Of a DNA stretch of 64,000 bases, positions 52,914 through 64,000 are shown in pieces. The notes beneath the pieces are model-generated. The model saw nothing but the letters and a program-made list of their open reading frames with translations, did no database searches and was not told the DNA's origin. Every line of letters starts with the position of its first letter. Within the stretch, counting starts at the first letter, position 1. The position numbers were made by a program, and so were the translations under genes. This DNA is from Macrostomum lignano (taxonomy: Eukaryota): positions 58,494 to 122,493 of the forward strand of contig NIVC01001871.1 of assembly GCA_002269645.1 (NCBI GenBank), read 5' to 3'.

Positions 52914-55863
52914 TCAGCGCAACTCACTCCGCAGTTTAGACAGCCAGCTCGCAGACTCGCTCCCGGAGTTGCCGGGACAAGGCCGGTCATCTGACGAGCC
53001 AACAGTGGGCGCAGCGGCGGCAGCCAGAGGACTGGACTGAGCGGCAACATCCTCATCATCAGCAGCAGCATCGGCCATATGCTCAACAGTAGAGAATGCT
53101 GTAGAATCCGATGGAGTCAGATTCAATAGCAAATCGTTGCCCAGACTAGTTTCATACTGTTCAGCGTATCGCAAATCTAATCGAGCTGTCAATCTATCAG
53201 AGTCTGTCAGATCCGAGCCGCGATGTAAAACAGGATTATCCATCTGGCCAGATGCCTCCTCCAGCACAGCGGCCACTCGGCGAGTCTCGGCCGGGCCAAC
53301 TGGGCCGCTAAAGCTGTTATTATTGGAATTGCGACCCGCAGGCAGCAGAGCGGCAAACTGTTGCATTGGCAGGCGTTGCCAGGCAACCCGATCAACAGCA
53401 TTAGTCGGTAGGCGGATTACGCTAGCCGAAACTGCGGCTGCTGCGTCGCCGAGGTCAACCTCGTCCGGGCCGAGGCACAGCACCACCAGCGACGGACTGC
53501 CCGACGCGGCAGCTCGAAGAACGCGCCGACATTCGGCGGCCGATTCGCGGGTAGCAACCAACGCCAGGCAACGGCAATTCCCTGGGAGCAGCTCGCCGCC
53601 GCTGCCACTCTGACTATCAATCGAGTCCCAAGCGGTGAGCGAGTAGCAACAGAGTCCGAGCTGCAGTCGCAGTCGCCTACTAAAGTAAGCGGCAAACTGA
53701 ACAGCCAGCCAGTCGTCAGTGTCGCCAGAATAGTACAGCGAACTGGCCAATATAATATCGTAGCAAGCGGCCGGATCATAAGCCGATCTCGCTAACGGTC
53801 GATAGTCATCAATTGGAGTCCAAGTGACGCGCAGAATACGCGCCAGGGCGCGCCAACCGGCGCTATCAGTATCTAGAATAGTTGAGCCGGCGCCAAACTG
53901 TAACAACGGATAGGCCAGAAAGTCAACCTCCGCCGGGCTCAACAATCCGGCATCGGTGTCGCCGTCGCCAACGTCCAGATTGGTCACCAGATAGCGGCCG
54001 CTCCAGGCGGGCCGGCGGCTGACCAGGTGTACAAATAGGCGAGGTAAGAAAGCGCGGAACAATCTGACAGTGCTAGGAGTGACCAGGAACATGCAGTACT
54101 CAGCATCGGCTAGCGGGTCATCGGAGTCTTCATCGTCGCCATCTAGCCGACTGAGAAGCTGCTCAGCTGGCAGGCTCAGACAGCGGCAGGAGCGACGCTC
54201 GGCCTCCAACGCTAAACTGAGCCGTTGAACGAAGTCTTTCACCGAGCCAGCGGCCGCATCGCCCTCACTGAATAAGAGCCCGTCGGCGCTAACCAATGCC
54301 AGTTTGAAATCGCGCCGGCGGCCGTAACAGCTGCCGGATTCGAACTCGCTGGCCAGCTGGCCGACGTTAACGCCGGCCAGGCTGTCGTCTGAGAAAACGC
54401 CGCCTGACTGCGGGGAGTTTCGGCATGGCGGGGAGTTGGGGTGATTTTTAATAATCCCAAAAGCGTTGCCCTGACGGAACTAAGAGCCTGTATAGGAGAA
54501 TATTCCATAGGGGATAGGGACATGATACCCCTCATGGGATCTTTTGGGCGATTTGCTACTCTATACTCGTACTCTAAATAATCTTTGGGCGTATCTCCCA
54601 CTCCCTACAGATTCCTACGGTACAATCTGCCACTCCCTACAGGTTCCTACGGTACAATCTGCCACTCCCTACAGGTTCCTACGGTACAATCTGCCGCTCC
54701 CTACAGAATCCTACGGTACAATCTGCCGCTCCCTACAGAATCCTACGGCACAATCTCCCACTCCCTACAGAATCCTACGGTACAATCCCCCACTCCCTAC
54801 AGAATCCTACGGCACAATCCTCCACTCCCTACAGATTCCTACGGCACAATCTGCCACTCCCTACAGAATCCTACGGTACGAGCTACAATCTACCACTCCC
54901 TACAGAATCCTACGGCACAATCTGCCACTCCCTACAGAATCCTACGGCACAATCTGCCACTCCCTACAGAATCCTACGGTACGAGCTACAATCTACCACT
55001 CCCTACAGAATCCTACGGTACAATCTCCCACTCCTTACAGAATCCTACGGCACAATCTGCCACTCCCTACAGAATCCTACGGCACAATCTGCCACTCCCT
55101 ACAGAATCCTACGGCACAATCTGCCCCAATCGAGCAGGTCTGCCACTCCTTAATTCCAGCAGAAAATAACATTTACCCCGGACACATCGGGTGAGACGCT
55201 GCGCGTCTCAAATTCGTCTACAACCCGTCGGACGCGCCCGGATGCCGCCGAGTCGAACTCGTCGCCGGCGGCACCCAAGTCTTCAGGCGACTCGTTCAAC
55301 ATTAGGAAGATCGCCTTCCAGCACTCGGACTCCGCTAGCCAGATGGACTCAGCCTCGGACTCATCGAAGGTGTCGCCAGTCAAAGCTCGGAAAACAATCG
55401 GCTCTTGAGCCGAGGCCGCCTCGAAATCTAAGCCGTTAGTTAGGCCTTCAAATTCTTCCATAGCAACAAAGATTAAACGCCGTCGGCAGCGTTGGCGACA
55501 CCTGGCCCCACCGAGACCGGCCAGAAACTTTTTCAATGGTACTAGAGAGCGCGGACTGACTACTAACAGGCAGTAGTCAGATAGGGACAGCAAATTAGAT
55601 AGATAATTTCCAACTTCGTTTTCATTCTCAGCTACTGAGGCGGAGGACACGGCTGCGGCAGCGACATCGAAGGCCGAACAGCTGGCAGGCAGCGGACTGG
55701 CGCAGCCCAATAATTCATCGATTCGCCGTTTCAACAGGGCAGCGAATCGTTCAGCCAGACGGTCGGGCCTGGCCGGCACCACAGATTTCAAGGCGCGGCC
55801 ATAGTCCGAGGGCGAGACCACGGTGAACCGGTGAGGCCTGGCCTGGCCGCTGTCCGCTGCCAT
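52914..55863 (-). CDS. 726-aa protein with three tandem putative TIR-like (TIR/SEFIR/BCAP-type) alpha/beta domains
   Basis: Exons 55863-55177 (GGG|GTAAAT) and 54407-52914 (CCCCGCAG|TCA), phase 0. The gene model is well supported; the domain call rests on motif pattern only (see findings). Confidence 0.75.
54575..55135 (+). repeat. 32-bp minisatellite in the TIR-like gene intron
   Basis: Unit CTCCCTACAGAATCCTACGGCACAATCTGCCA. Confidence 0.95.
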
Positions 55864-58120
55864 GCCAGCAATAATTGTGTTTTATTGCTGAAATTATTTG
55901 TCAGTTTTGGGATGGAGAAGTAGAAAAATAAGCTGTTCGTCCTTGACCTGTCACTGCTTGAAATCCTAAAAATTCCTACATGTATTTAGGTTTATCTGCA
56001 ATTTCCAACAATCTTAAAGTTATAAATCTTTGTAGGTTGTCTTTTGTTTTTTACCCTTTCAGCTTTAGGTTTTCCAATATTGCATGTTGGATTTATAAAC
56101 TTTATCTGAGCTATATAAATTTCTCATTTTTGCAAGTACAATTAAAACCAAGTTGCAAAATTGGGGTACACATAGCAGGGGTTTCCACTGTAGCTATAGG
56201 AAGTTAAAGATGTGGATGTTTTTACGCAGAACATATGGATATGGGTATGGTTACAGGACAAGAACATACAATTCCTATTTCTTACAACATTGGCCATGCA
56301 AGTTGAAATTTTGGCTCTAATTAGGGGAACTGACTTTTTGGCAAAGATACTAGAAAAACTAGATGGGCCACTCAGCATATTTGCCTGTAATCTACTTTCA
56401 GTTCAGTAGAGTTATTAAACAGAAAAATTTTATTTTGTTTTTTATTTTTATTTTAAAGCCAAGGCTTGTTTATTGGCTCTTAACCCCCAGCTTAAACCTT
56501 CCTGACTTTCCACACTAACCCTACCCTGTAACAATTTTTATTGCCTTTCTTAGAATATCAGCCTAAAGCTGCTATGTACATTTCAGTGGACTGGCTAATG
56601 TACATTATGGCTGAACCAATTAGCAAGCTGTTTACACCAGCAAGCTTGGGCTTCTAAACTTATCAAAGCTGCCTTTTTATAAAATAGCTTATGTATTCTT
56701 TTTTGCTACTGAATTGAAAATAGAAAGCTATTTTACTAGGTATATACCTGAGTGGCCCATCTAATCATTTAAATATCTATGCTTTTTGGCACATCCCCTC
56801 TTTGTGGCCATTTGTAGTTGGCACAAGGTGTGGTTAATATTGTTACCTATAGGCAACAAAGATATTTGATACCATGTACACTTAATATGAATAGGATCAT
56901 AAAGACTAAAGTTAAGATGAATAAATTCACTTTCAATATAAAGGGAACTTTTAAGTCCCTATGGTCAAGGACTCAAGCAACAAAGATTTTTTATTTCATT
57001 TGCATACTGTATGATTGGCATAATTAAAAGTTATAATAAGTTATAGGAAATTAATTAGTTATAGATATGGATATATTGTTAGAAAAAATAGATTTGGCAA
57101 TTGAATATAAATGTTAAAAACTTTAGTTATGGCAAAATAGTAAATTATGCACTTTAAGCCACATCATTACACAACTAGCTAGAAACATTATTGCCTATCC
57201 TGTTAATTTCTTAAGTAGGTATATAAGTATATAGACTATATTTTTAGTATATAAGATATTCAATTATATATATATATGCACATATGGTGTCATATACATA
57301 GGAGTATATATTTCATTATTAGATATGCATATTTCTGTGCTTAAAAACAATAAATTAATAATTATTTATTAAATAGAACATATTAGAATAGTCTTGGACA
57401 AATGAAAAATTGATTGGGTATACCTGTATACTTTAAATCTAAATATACTAAAAATCTTTAAATTGACAAATCATTAATTTTAAATTGCATAAAATCCTAC
57501 CTTTGCTACTCAATAAGCAAAAAAAGAATAAAGTTAGTTTGGTCAACTTAGAATATATATTTTTATGATCTTATATAGCTATGCATTTAGGATCAAAGTT
57601 TGCTTGCACAATTGCATTCTTGATACTTGTATATCTAATATATCTTTTAGATTAATTCTAATAAAGAATATATTATCTAAAATAAAATCTTTTTTTGCCC
57701 CAAATTAATATAATTATACTTGGATTCAAGTCTAGACTGCTAATATAAGCTATACAAGAGCTATATTAAAATGCTAAATGATACTCATTTACTTTAGCTT
57801 GACATGTAAATGATCTAATAGGAAAATAATTAGCCAATTATCTCTTATAATATATAGACTAATTGACCTTATCATTAGTAGTTAAAAAGCTAGCAAGATA
57901 AAAAGTACATTTAAATAAATAATATAAATTAGTTAATTTTAAAAAACAGTTTAATGGCTTCATTTGAAAGTAGTAGGCTCCTAATGACAATGACCTAGGA
58001 GCTAGGGCTAGCCTAATATAATACCTAGAGAAAAAAACATTTTGTGATTCTTATTTGAAATTTTGTCCTTTCAATATTTGTTCAGACCCAACTAGGCCCT
58101 ATGACTAGATGGATACATGC

Positions 58121-59232
58121 AAATTTGGCGACAAACAAATTTGGCAACAGAGATTTACAATGGACTAATTAGGCGAAAGCAAATTTGGCAACAATCTAGG
58201 CAAATTTGGCAACACATCTTTTTATAGCTAGCCTAATTAAAGACAAGTTAAAGCAAATGAGGTGGGAGTGGAGAAAGAAAATTAAACTTGGGGTTTGACT
58301 TGAAATTGATTGGTTGCTGACACTCATGAAATGAGGTAGGGCGGATTTCACAGTTAAATTCCTACCAGCATTGCATTTGCACGAATAAATCTAGAGATGT
58401 CCTGCAGACAAATCATAATGAAATTCTTTCTCCTGTTTTACTCTGATTGCCAGGGTCCTCAAATTCCAGGGGAGGGTAGTTGTATCATAGCGGAGTGGTC
58501 GTATAGCGGCGCGGTCGTTTAAATGGTAGACATTGAGATTTTGACACCATAGATTAATGCGTCAATTTGCTGAGCTTGTTACTTTCAGTAGGGTAGAGCT
58601 GCCACCACCGTAATTTACAGTATATTTGAGCCTTATATACTCAAAAGGCCATCCAAGCGATGAATAAAGGAGATTCACGCATTGGAACAAGGCACCAGTC
58701 ACCACCCCACATGCACTCTTTGGCGAGCAAACACAGAGGTAGGATGGGTGACTAATAGTAGAGTAATAAAACATAGATAGCCGCAAAAAGGGGGTTCAAA
58801 TTAGAATGAGTTGGGCACCTTAGATGGCTCACATCAAAATCAAATGGGGAGAAGTTAAAAGGCTGAATTCCTTCCCCGATATTGTAACAATGGAAAGACC
58901 TTATTAGGCATACAAGAAATCATTTTTCTCATTTTTTCAAAGTCCCATAGGTTTTTGCTTATAAGGCCACTCAACCTGAAATTAGAACATTTCTTGGAAA
59001 GGACTTAAAACTCACTAAGAATAAATGACAGATAAAACAAACTCAGTTAAAAAGGGAAAGCTAATCTGCATTATAGAATACCATTCTACAAAAGGAATTA
59101 GGCCTATTCAAATCATACACAATTATTTTTCCTTCATTAATTGTCATCAAATTTGCCTAGATTGTCGCTGAATTTGCTTTTGCCAAATTAGTCCATTGTG
59201 AATCTGTCGCCAAATTTGTTTGTTGCCAAACT
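58121..59232. mobile_element. Putative non-autonomous DNA transposon (~1.1 kb) with ~90-bp imperfect terminal inverted repeats
   Basis: 58121-58212 (CAAATTTGGCGACAAACAAATTTGGCAAC..ACAATGGACTAATT..GCAAATT..ACAATCTAGGCAAATTTG) is mirrored at ~59145-59232. No target-site duplication identified. Confidence 0.6.
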
Positions 59233-62187
59233 GGTCAGCACCCTGACAGGCCTGACTGGACGACCCTATCGGCTATCCTTAATATTGTGAAACACCTGGT
59301 CCAATTGAACATAAACAAAGAAACTAAAATTGGAATTTTGTCAAAATTTTGATTGACAAATTTGACATCAAAATCAAATAGGCTCTACTGAATATGATAC
59401 ACCCACTTTATTATGTCCACTGTCCAGCCCAGTGCAATTAAGGTCTAGGGGGCCTATCGTGCAGAACTGTTTGTAAAAAAATTCACATTGTTGAAGTGAT
59501 TATTCGCATTTAAGGAGTCCAAAAAAGCTTACTAAACTTAGCTTATTGTACTAGGCCTATATGTAACGTATCGTGCACTGTGCATGTGCGCAAGACAAGC
59601 ATATAAAATAATTAATAAAAAAGGAACTATACACGTTACATACTAGGCCTATGATGAGCATTCTAGTCCACGCACAAGTACAGGCGTGTAAAAATAAAAA
59701 ATTTATTACAAAATAAAGCAACCATAATAAAGAATAGGCGCCTGGTACGCCACACAAGTTCCATAACTTCCATATGCAAACAATGGGAGAAAGCGGCAAG
59801 TATTTTCTACTCCCATAAAGCAATTTTGGCCGTAAACTTTATTACAAGAAAAAGCTGTTTCAAAAAGAAACCGTAAAAATCAAGAAAAATGAAGGGAATA
59901 GAAATATATGTTTCTTGCAACCAAAATTTAGTTTTTAAATACATATTTGTCTTTTTAGGTCCAATTTGTCTACTATTTTGTTTCAATTCATGACGTTATT
60001 TCAAAAGCAGCATTAGCGGTATTCTGCACAAGAACCACAGTCGAGTCTATACACTTTAATAACCTTTCATAATGCACTGTATTATGCTACTGTAATACTA
60101 CTATACTTATTAAAGTGGTCCTTGATTCTGAAATTTCGAATGAAGCAGAGCATATTGTGCTGTGCTACTTAGCTGAACTTCTTGAATCAAGTAAACTTGT
60201 AATAAAAATGGTGCATGCAGCTGGGGTGCAGCCGAAATCGTCATATTCAAAATCGTCATATGATGATGACGACTTGAACAAATCTCGAAGACTTAAACAT
60301 TTAAATAAGACGACTTTGACCAAAGGCAAGGGTGTATATTAATTTTGGATTTTTCTACCTTCGGGCAAAAATCCCTTGCATATGCACCCGTAATTTTTAT
60401 ATTAACTGTGTCAATTAATGCTGATTCACCCCTGATTGCTGCATCAGCAATCAGGGTCGGCGTTGCGTTCGCGCGAATTAATCCGGAGAATAATTCAAAT
60501 TTAGTTCAAATATCAATTAAGTGGCACCCGACTGCCACACATGACTACTGAGAATACACTGTAAATTGTTTTAATTTGTTGGCAAACAAGAACACGCTGC
60601 CGCCATGAGCTAAGATCCTTGCGCAGCCAATGCAACACAATATGACGATTTAGTGAATGCAGCATTGTCCAATACTGAGATGATGACGATTTAGATAATT
60701 TAGTTGTTTTTCTCGTAAGCCGCAGATGACGATCTCGAATATGACGACTTCGGCCGGAACCGCAGCTGGTAACTCTTAAGCAATTATGTTAAGCAATTAT
60801 AATTCCATTTTAATGCAAATGCATACAACTTGGCATATGAAATAAAAAATAAAATGAAAATGATCCTTTCACTACTACACAGCTAACATGTACTGTATTT
60901 TGTACAGTTATTTACTCTATTGTAGATTATACTCGTACACATACAGCATAGTAACATGCTGTGCATGCTAAATTTTAAGAATGGTACTCTTCACTACCCC
61001 GGATGAAATTCAATAATTGATTATATGATGAAGACATTATTTGTTTCGATTGTCTTCGCAGTGTATTTTTCCACCAAATTGGCCTCCAAAATAACACATT
61101 TTTAGTTTGACGTTCGTTCAGATACTACAGTGGTCCTTGTGAAATATTCTGAAAAATCTGAAAACTTTCGAACTCACTAATGATATAGCAGAATTTGCAA
61201 TCGCACTTTGCTTTTTTTATTTCTCTAAATGGCGCTTTGCCCATTACCGTATAATCCAAAGCTTATAGAGGATCGAGCTATAAGAAGTACTTTATAATTA
61301 CGTACTTTTATCAAACGTTTCCGTGAAAGCATCAGAGACTCCTGCAAGAGAGATGCACAGACCAGCCCTTCTCTTTATTTTCCATGTTTAGTTTCCATGC
61401 GTGGGACATCCATTGCTATAGCCTATAGCGTAGGCTGAAACAGACAAAAGTTGACGGCTCAGAAATCGCATTGACAATTTGCCCCGTTCCTCGCGTGGCT
61501 AGCAGTTTGCATCTGATCAATCGGGGCTAGAAGTTTTTTAAAAATTAATTTGCTGCTTCTCCCCTTATAAAAAGTTGCAGTGTCTGAAACTGCATGAATG
61601 AGGGGCCATTGTTTCAAGCGAGCCCTCGTAACCTTGGTGCATTGTGGGAGTCAAATGGCTTTAAAAAGATGCTGGTCCATATGACGGCGATTGTTATTCT
61701 GCGAGCTTATTGGACAGGGATTTTCCTCCCCCCAGCTAGAGGAGACATCCCCAGCAACAGAGCTGCCACTGCTGGCTATAGCAAACGCGATGACGACAAC
61801 CGCCTGTGCAGCCGCATGGGATGGGTGCCGTGTGGTCAAAGAGAGGTTGGGCAGTGGTGTCGGGGAACAGGCCAGCTAAATTCAGTCTTTCCCTCCTCTA
61901 ATAAATATCGGCTAGCTCAAGCAGCAATTTCCAGCTTCGATTTGCGATCATCAATAGAGTGTTAGCTAGAGCTGCTTCATCAAGACTCACTATCAGCATT
62001 GTTGCATTGCACGGCAATGGCCGACAAAGCTCGGACAGTTAAGAAGCCTGGCGCTCCGCCGCTGTCACCAACGGCAAGGCTAAGCCGGCTAAAGCGTCTG
62101 ACAACAAGCAGCAGCAGCCGAAAGCTTCGTCTACCGGAAATGGAACGACGACGGAAACGATGAAGAGATAAATGGCGCATAACTGAC

Positions 62188-63185
62188 ATGCTGGCTAAAC
62201 ACGAGCTCGAACTGCTAGCGGTCGCGTCCGATCTCACAGCGGAGACGAGTCACTATGACAAAGAGTTGCGCAATCTCAAAGAGAAGCTCGAAGCGGCCAA
62301 CAGGCGCCTGATGCAGCTGGAGTGGCGCTTTCCAACTACGGCCCTGTGGCGAATCGGTGACTTCTTGGAGCGCATGAAGGAGGCCAAGAAAAACAAATCC
62401 GTACTGGAGAGTCCGCAGTACTATCTGAGCAGGCAGGGCTATCTAATGAGCATGTCTATCGCACTGTATGGCTCTGGAGAAGGTGAGAAATTTGTTTTAC
62501 TATTCAATTAGTTTAGTTATGTGATTATCAAGAACACCTATAAAGTGTAGATGAATTGTTATAAGTTCAAGTGTAATAGTAAACGCACCTCCAAAATCCA
62601 TAATTGTCGTCGTATGCATAATCAGCACAAACCAAACGCATCGCTCAACTGCAGGAAAAGTACATTTAGAACTTTTAAATTGAAAGAAACAAACGAAACA
62701 AATTGACAGAAAATTGATAATAACAAAATTTGGGTGATGGGGATTAGTAGGATGATATGAATAAAGCGATATAAAGTTTCAAAGTGTACGATACGACTAG
62801 TTGGATGTCACTAAATTGTTGACCTGCTGACCGCCCCCCAGCCCGCGGAAAGTACATGTCGATATTCGTGAGCGTGTGCAGAGGCGAATTCGACGGCAAC
62901 CTGGCCTGGCCGTTCACCATGCGGCTGTACCTCAGCATCCTGGACCAGACCGAGGACGAATCGCCGAGGCGCAACCTCACCAAGATGATCATCCCTCGGG
63001 TGTGCCGGGAGAACCTGGCCTTCCTCGGCCGACCCAGAGGCCGGCCCAGGAATCCGCAATTCGGCCTGGAGCAGTTCGTCAGCCTGGAAGACGTTCTGCG
63101 CAACAGCGACGAGCGACAGTACGTGCGCAACGATGCCTTGTTTGTACGGCTGGAGGTGCCCAATGAGGACCTGGTGCCGATGTGA
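62188..63185 (+). CDS. TRAF-family protein (coiled coil + MATH/TRAF-C domain), no RING or zinc fingers seen
   Basis: Exons 62188-62482 (GAAG|GTGAGA) and 62842-63185 (CCCCCCAG|CC), phase 1; ~212 aa. TALWRIGDF..AK..SVLESPQYYLSRQGYLMSMSIALYG..RGKYMSIFVSVCRGEFDGNLAWPFTMRLYLSILDQ ..FGLEQFVSL..YVRNDALFVRLEV is a TRAF-C domain. The N-terminus is uncertain. Confidence 0.9.
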
Positions 63186-63224
63186 GTCATCTCTGCAGCG
63201 CCTGCCAGCCAACTGGGTGACTCG

Positions 63225-63310
63225 TGACCAGTGACCAGTGACCAGTGACCAGTGATCAGTGACCAGTGACCAGTGACCCGTGACCAGTGACCAGTGACCA
63301 GTGACCAGTG
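63225..63310 (+). repeat. (GTGACCA)n heptamer repeat just 3' of the TRAF stop
   Basis: About 11 copies of GTGACCA. Confidence 0.9.
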
Positions 63311-63721
63311 CAGCTGCAAGCGAGTAGAGATAAAAATTAGACGATGTTAAAGTTTGAGACCGGTTCTTATGCCATTATGCACTGGCTAGGTAGGAGGTTT
63401 TCAGTTTTTTTTCAGTAAATCCACAATACGTCGCCTTCTAAAATTATTTACTCAACATTTTTTGGTCAACTTTTTCCCGAAAAAAATCTGCGAATTTAGC
63501 TCTTGTAAAAAACACGTACGCTTGCTTCATATGTATATTCAGAAATTTATAGAAGGCTAGAGATGTTGGGGATTTAGGGCTAAAAAAACTTTTAATGTTT
63601 GAGAAGTTCTCAGTCCCCTGCAAAAGCTTGTTTTCTTAAAAATTGTCATGTTTCCGCTTTGCGTGTTAATTTTTTTGAAAACTTCAGAATTATTAGAGTT
63701 CAGTAAGGAACTTTTATTAAA

Positions 63722-64000
63722 AGGGGTGCTAGATATGGGGACGGGTTGAGATAAGGGTGCTAGATAGGGGACGGGTTGAGATAAGGGTGCTAGATATGGG
63801 GACGGGTTGAGATAAGGGTGCTAGATAGGGGGACGGGTTGAGATAAGGGTGCTAGATATGGGGACGGGTTGAGATAAGGGTGCTAGATAGGGGGACGGGT
63901 TGAGATAAGGGTGCTAGAGATAGGGGGACGGGTTGAGATAAGGGTGCTAGATATGGGGACGGGTTGAGATAAGGGTGCTAGATAGGGGGACGGTTGAGAT
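63722..64000 (+). repeat. ~31-bp minisatellite, truncated by window end
   Basis: Unit GGGTGCTAGATATGGGGACGGGTTGAGATAA. Confidence 0.93.

Noticed and set aside
60115-60800. Short ORFs and scattered GATGACGAC motifs
   Set aside because: No consistent period, domain or splice structure.

Overview
Eukaryotic (metazoan) genomic DNA, not prokaryotic. GC-rich spliced exons lie among AT-rich spacers and about 30 tandem-repeat arrays, and most long introns are filled by their own minisatellite. This style resembles the flatworm Macrostomum, but the organism assignment is inference only. I rebuilt exon chains by hand from GT/GC-AG sites and reading frames. Recognisable genes: INTS3 (minus, 10 coding exons, 9341-24438), NUDT1/MTH1 (plus), an ABHD6-like alpha/beta-hydrolase that has lost its catalytic Ser and appears to carry an in-frame 14x7-aa minisatellite (plus), a Tbx1/10 (org-1) T-box gene (plus), casein kinase II beta (minus) and a RING-less TRAF (coiled coil + MATH, plus). 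Unassigned coding regions: a 461-aa Ser/Arg/Gly-rich ORF, a 157-aa two-exon orphan, a ~102-aa orphan exon, and a 726-aa two-exon protein that appears to consist of three tandem TIR-like domains. The last lies head-to-head with the TRAF gene, and this pair is the best candidate for an undescribed innate-immune signalling module. There is one well-supported hAT-type MITE, a second candidate MITE and a foldback hairpin. I found no CRISPR, rRNA or tRNA. Repeat boundaries and copy numbers are approximate hand counts.
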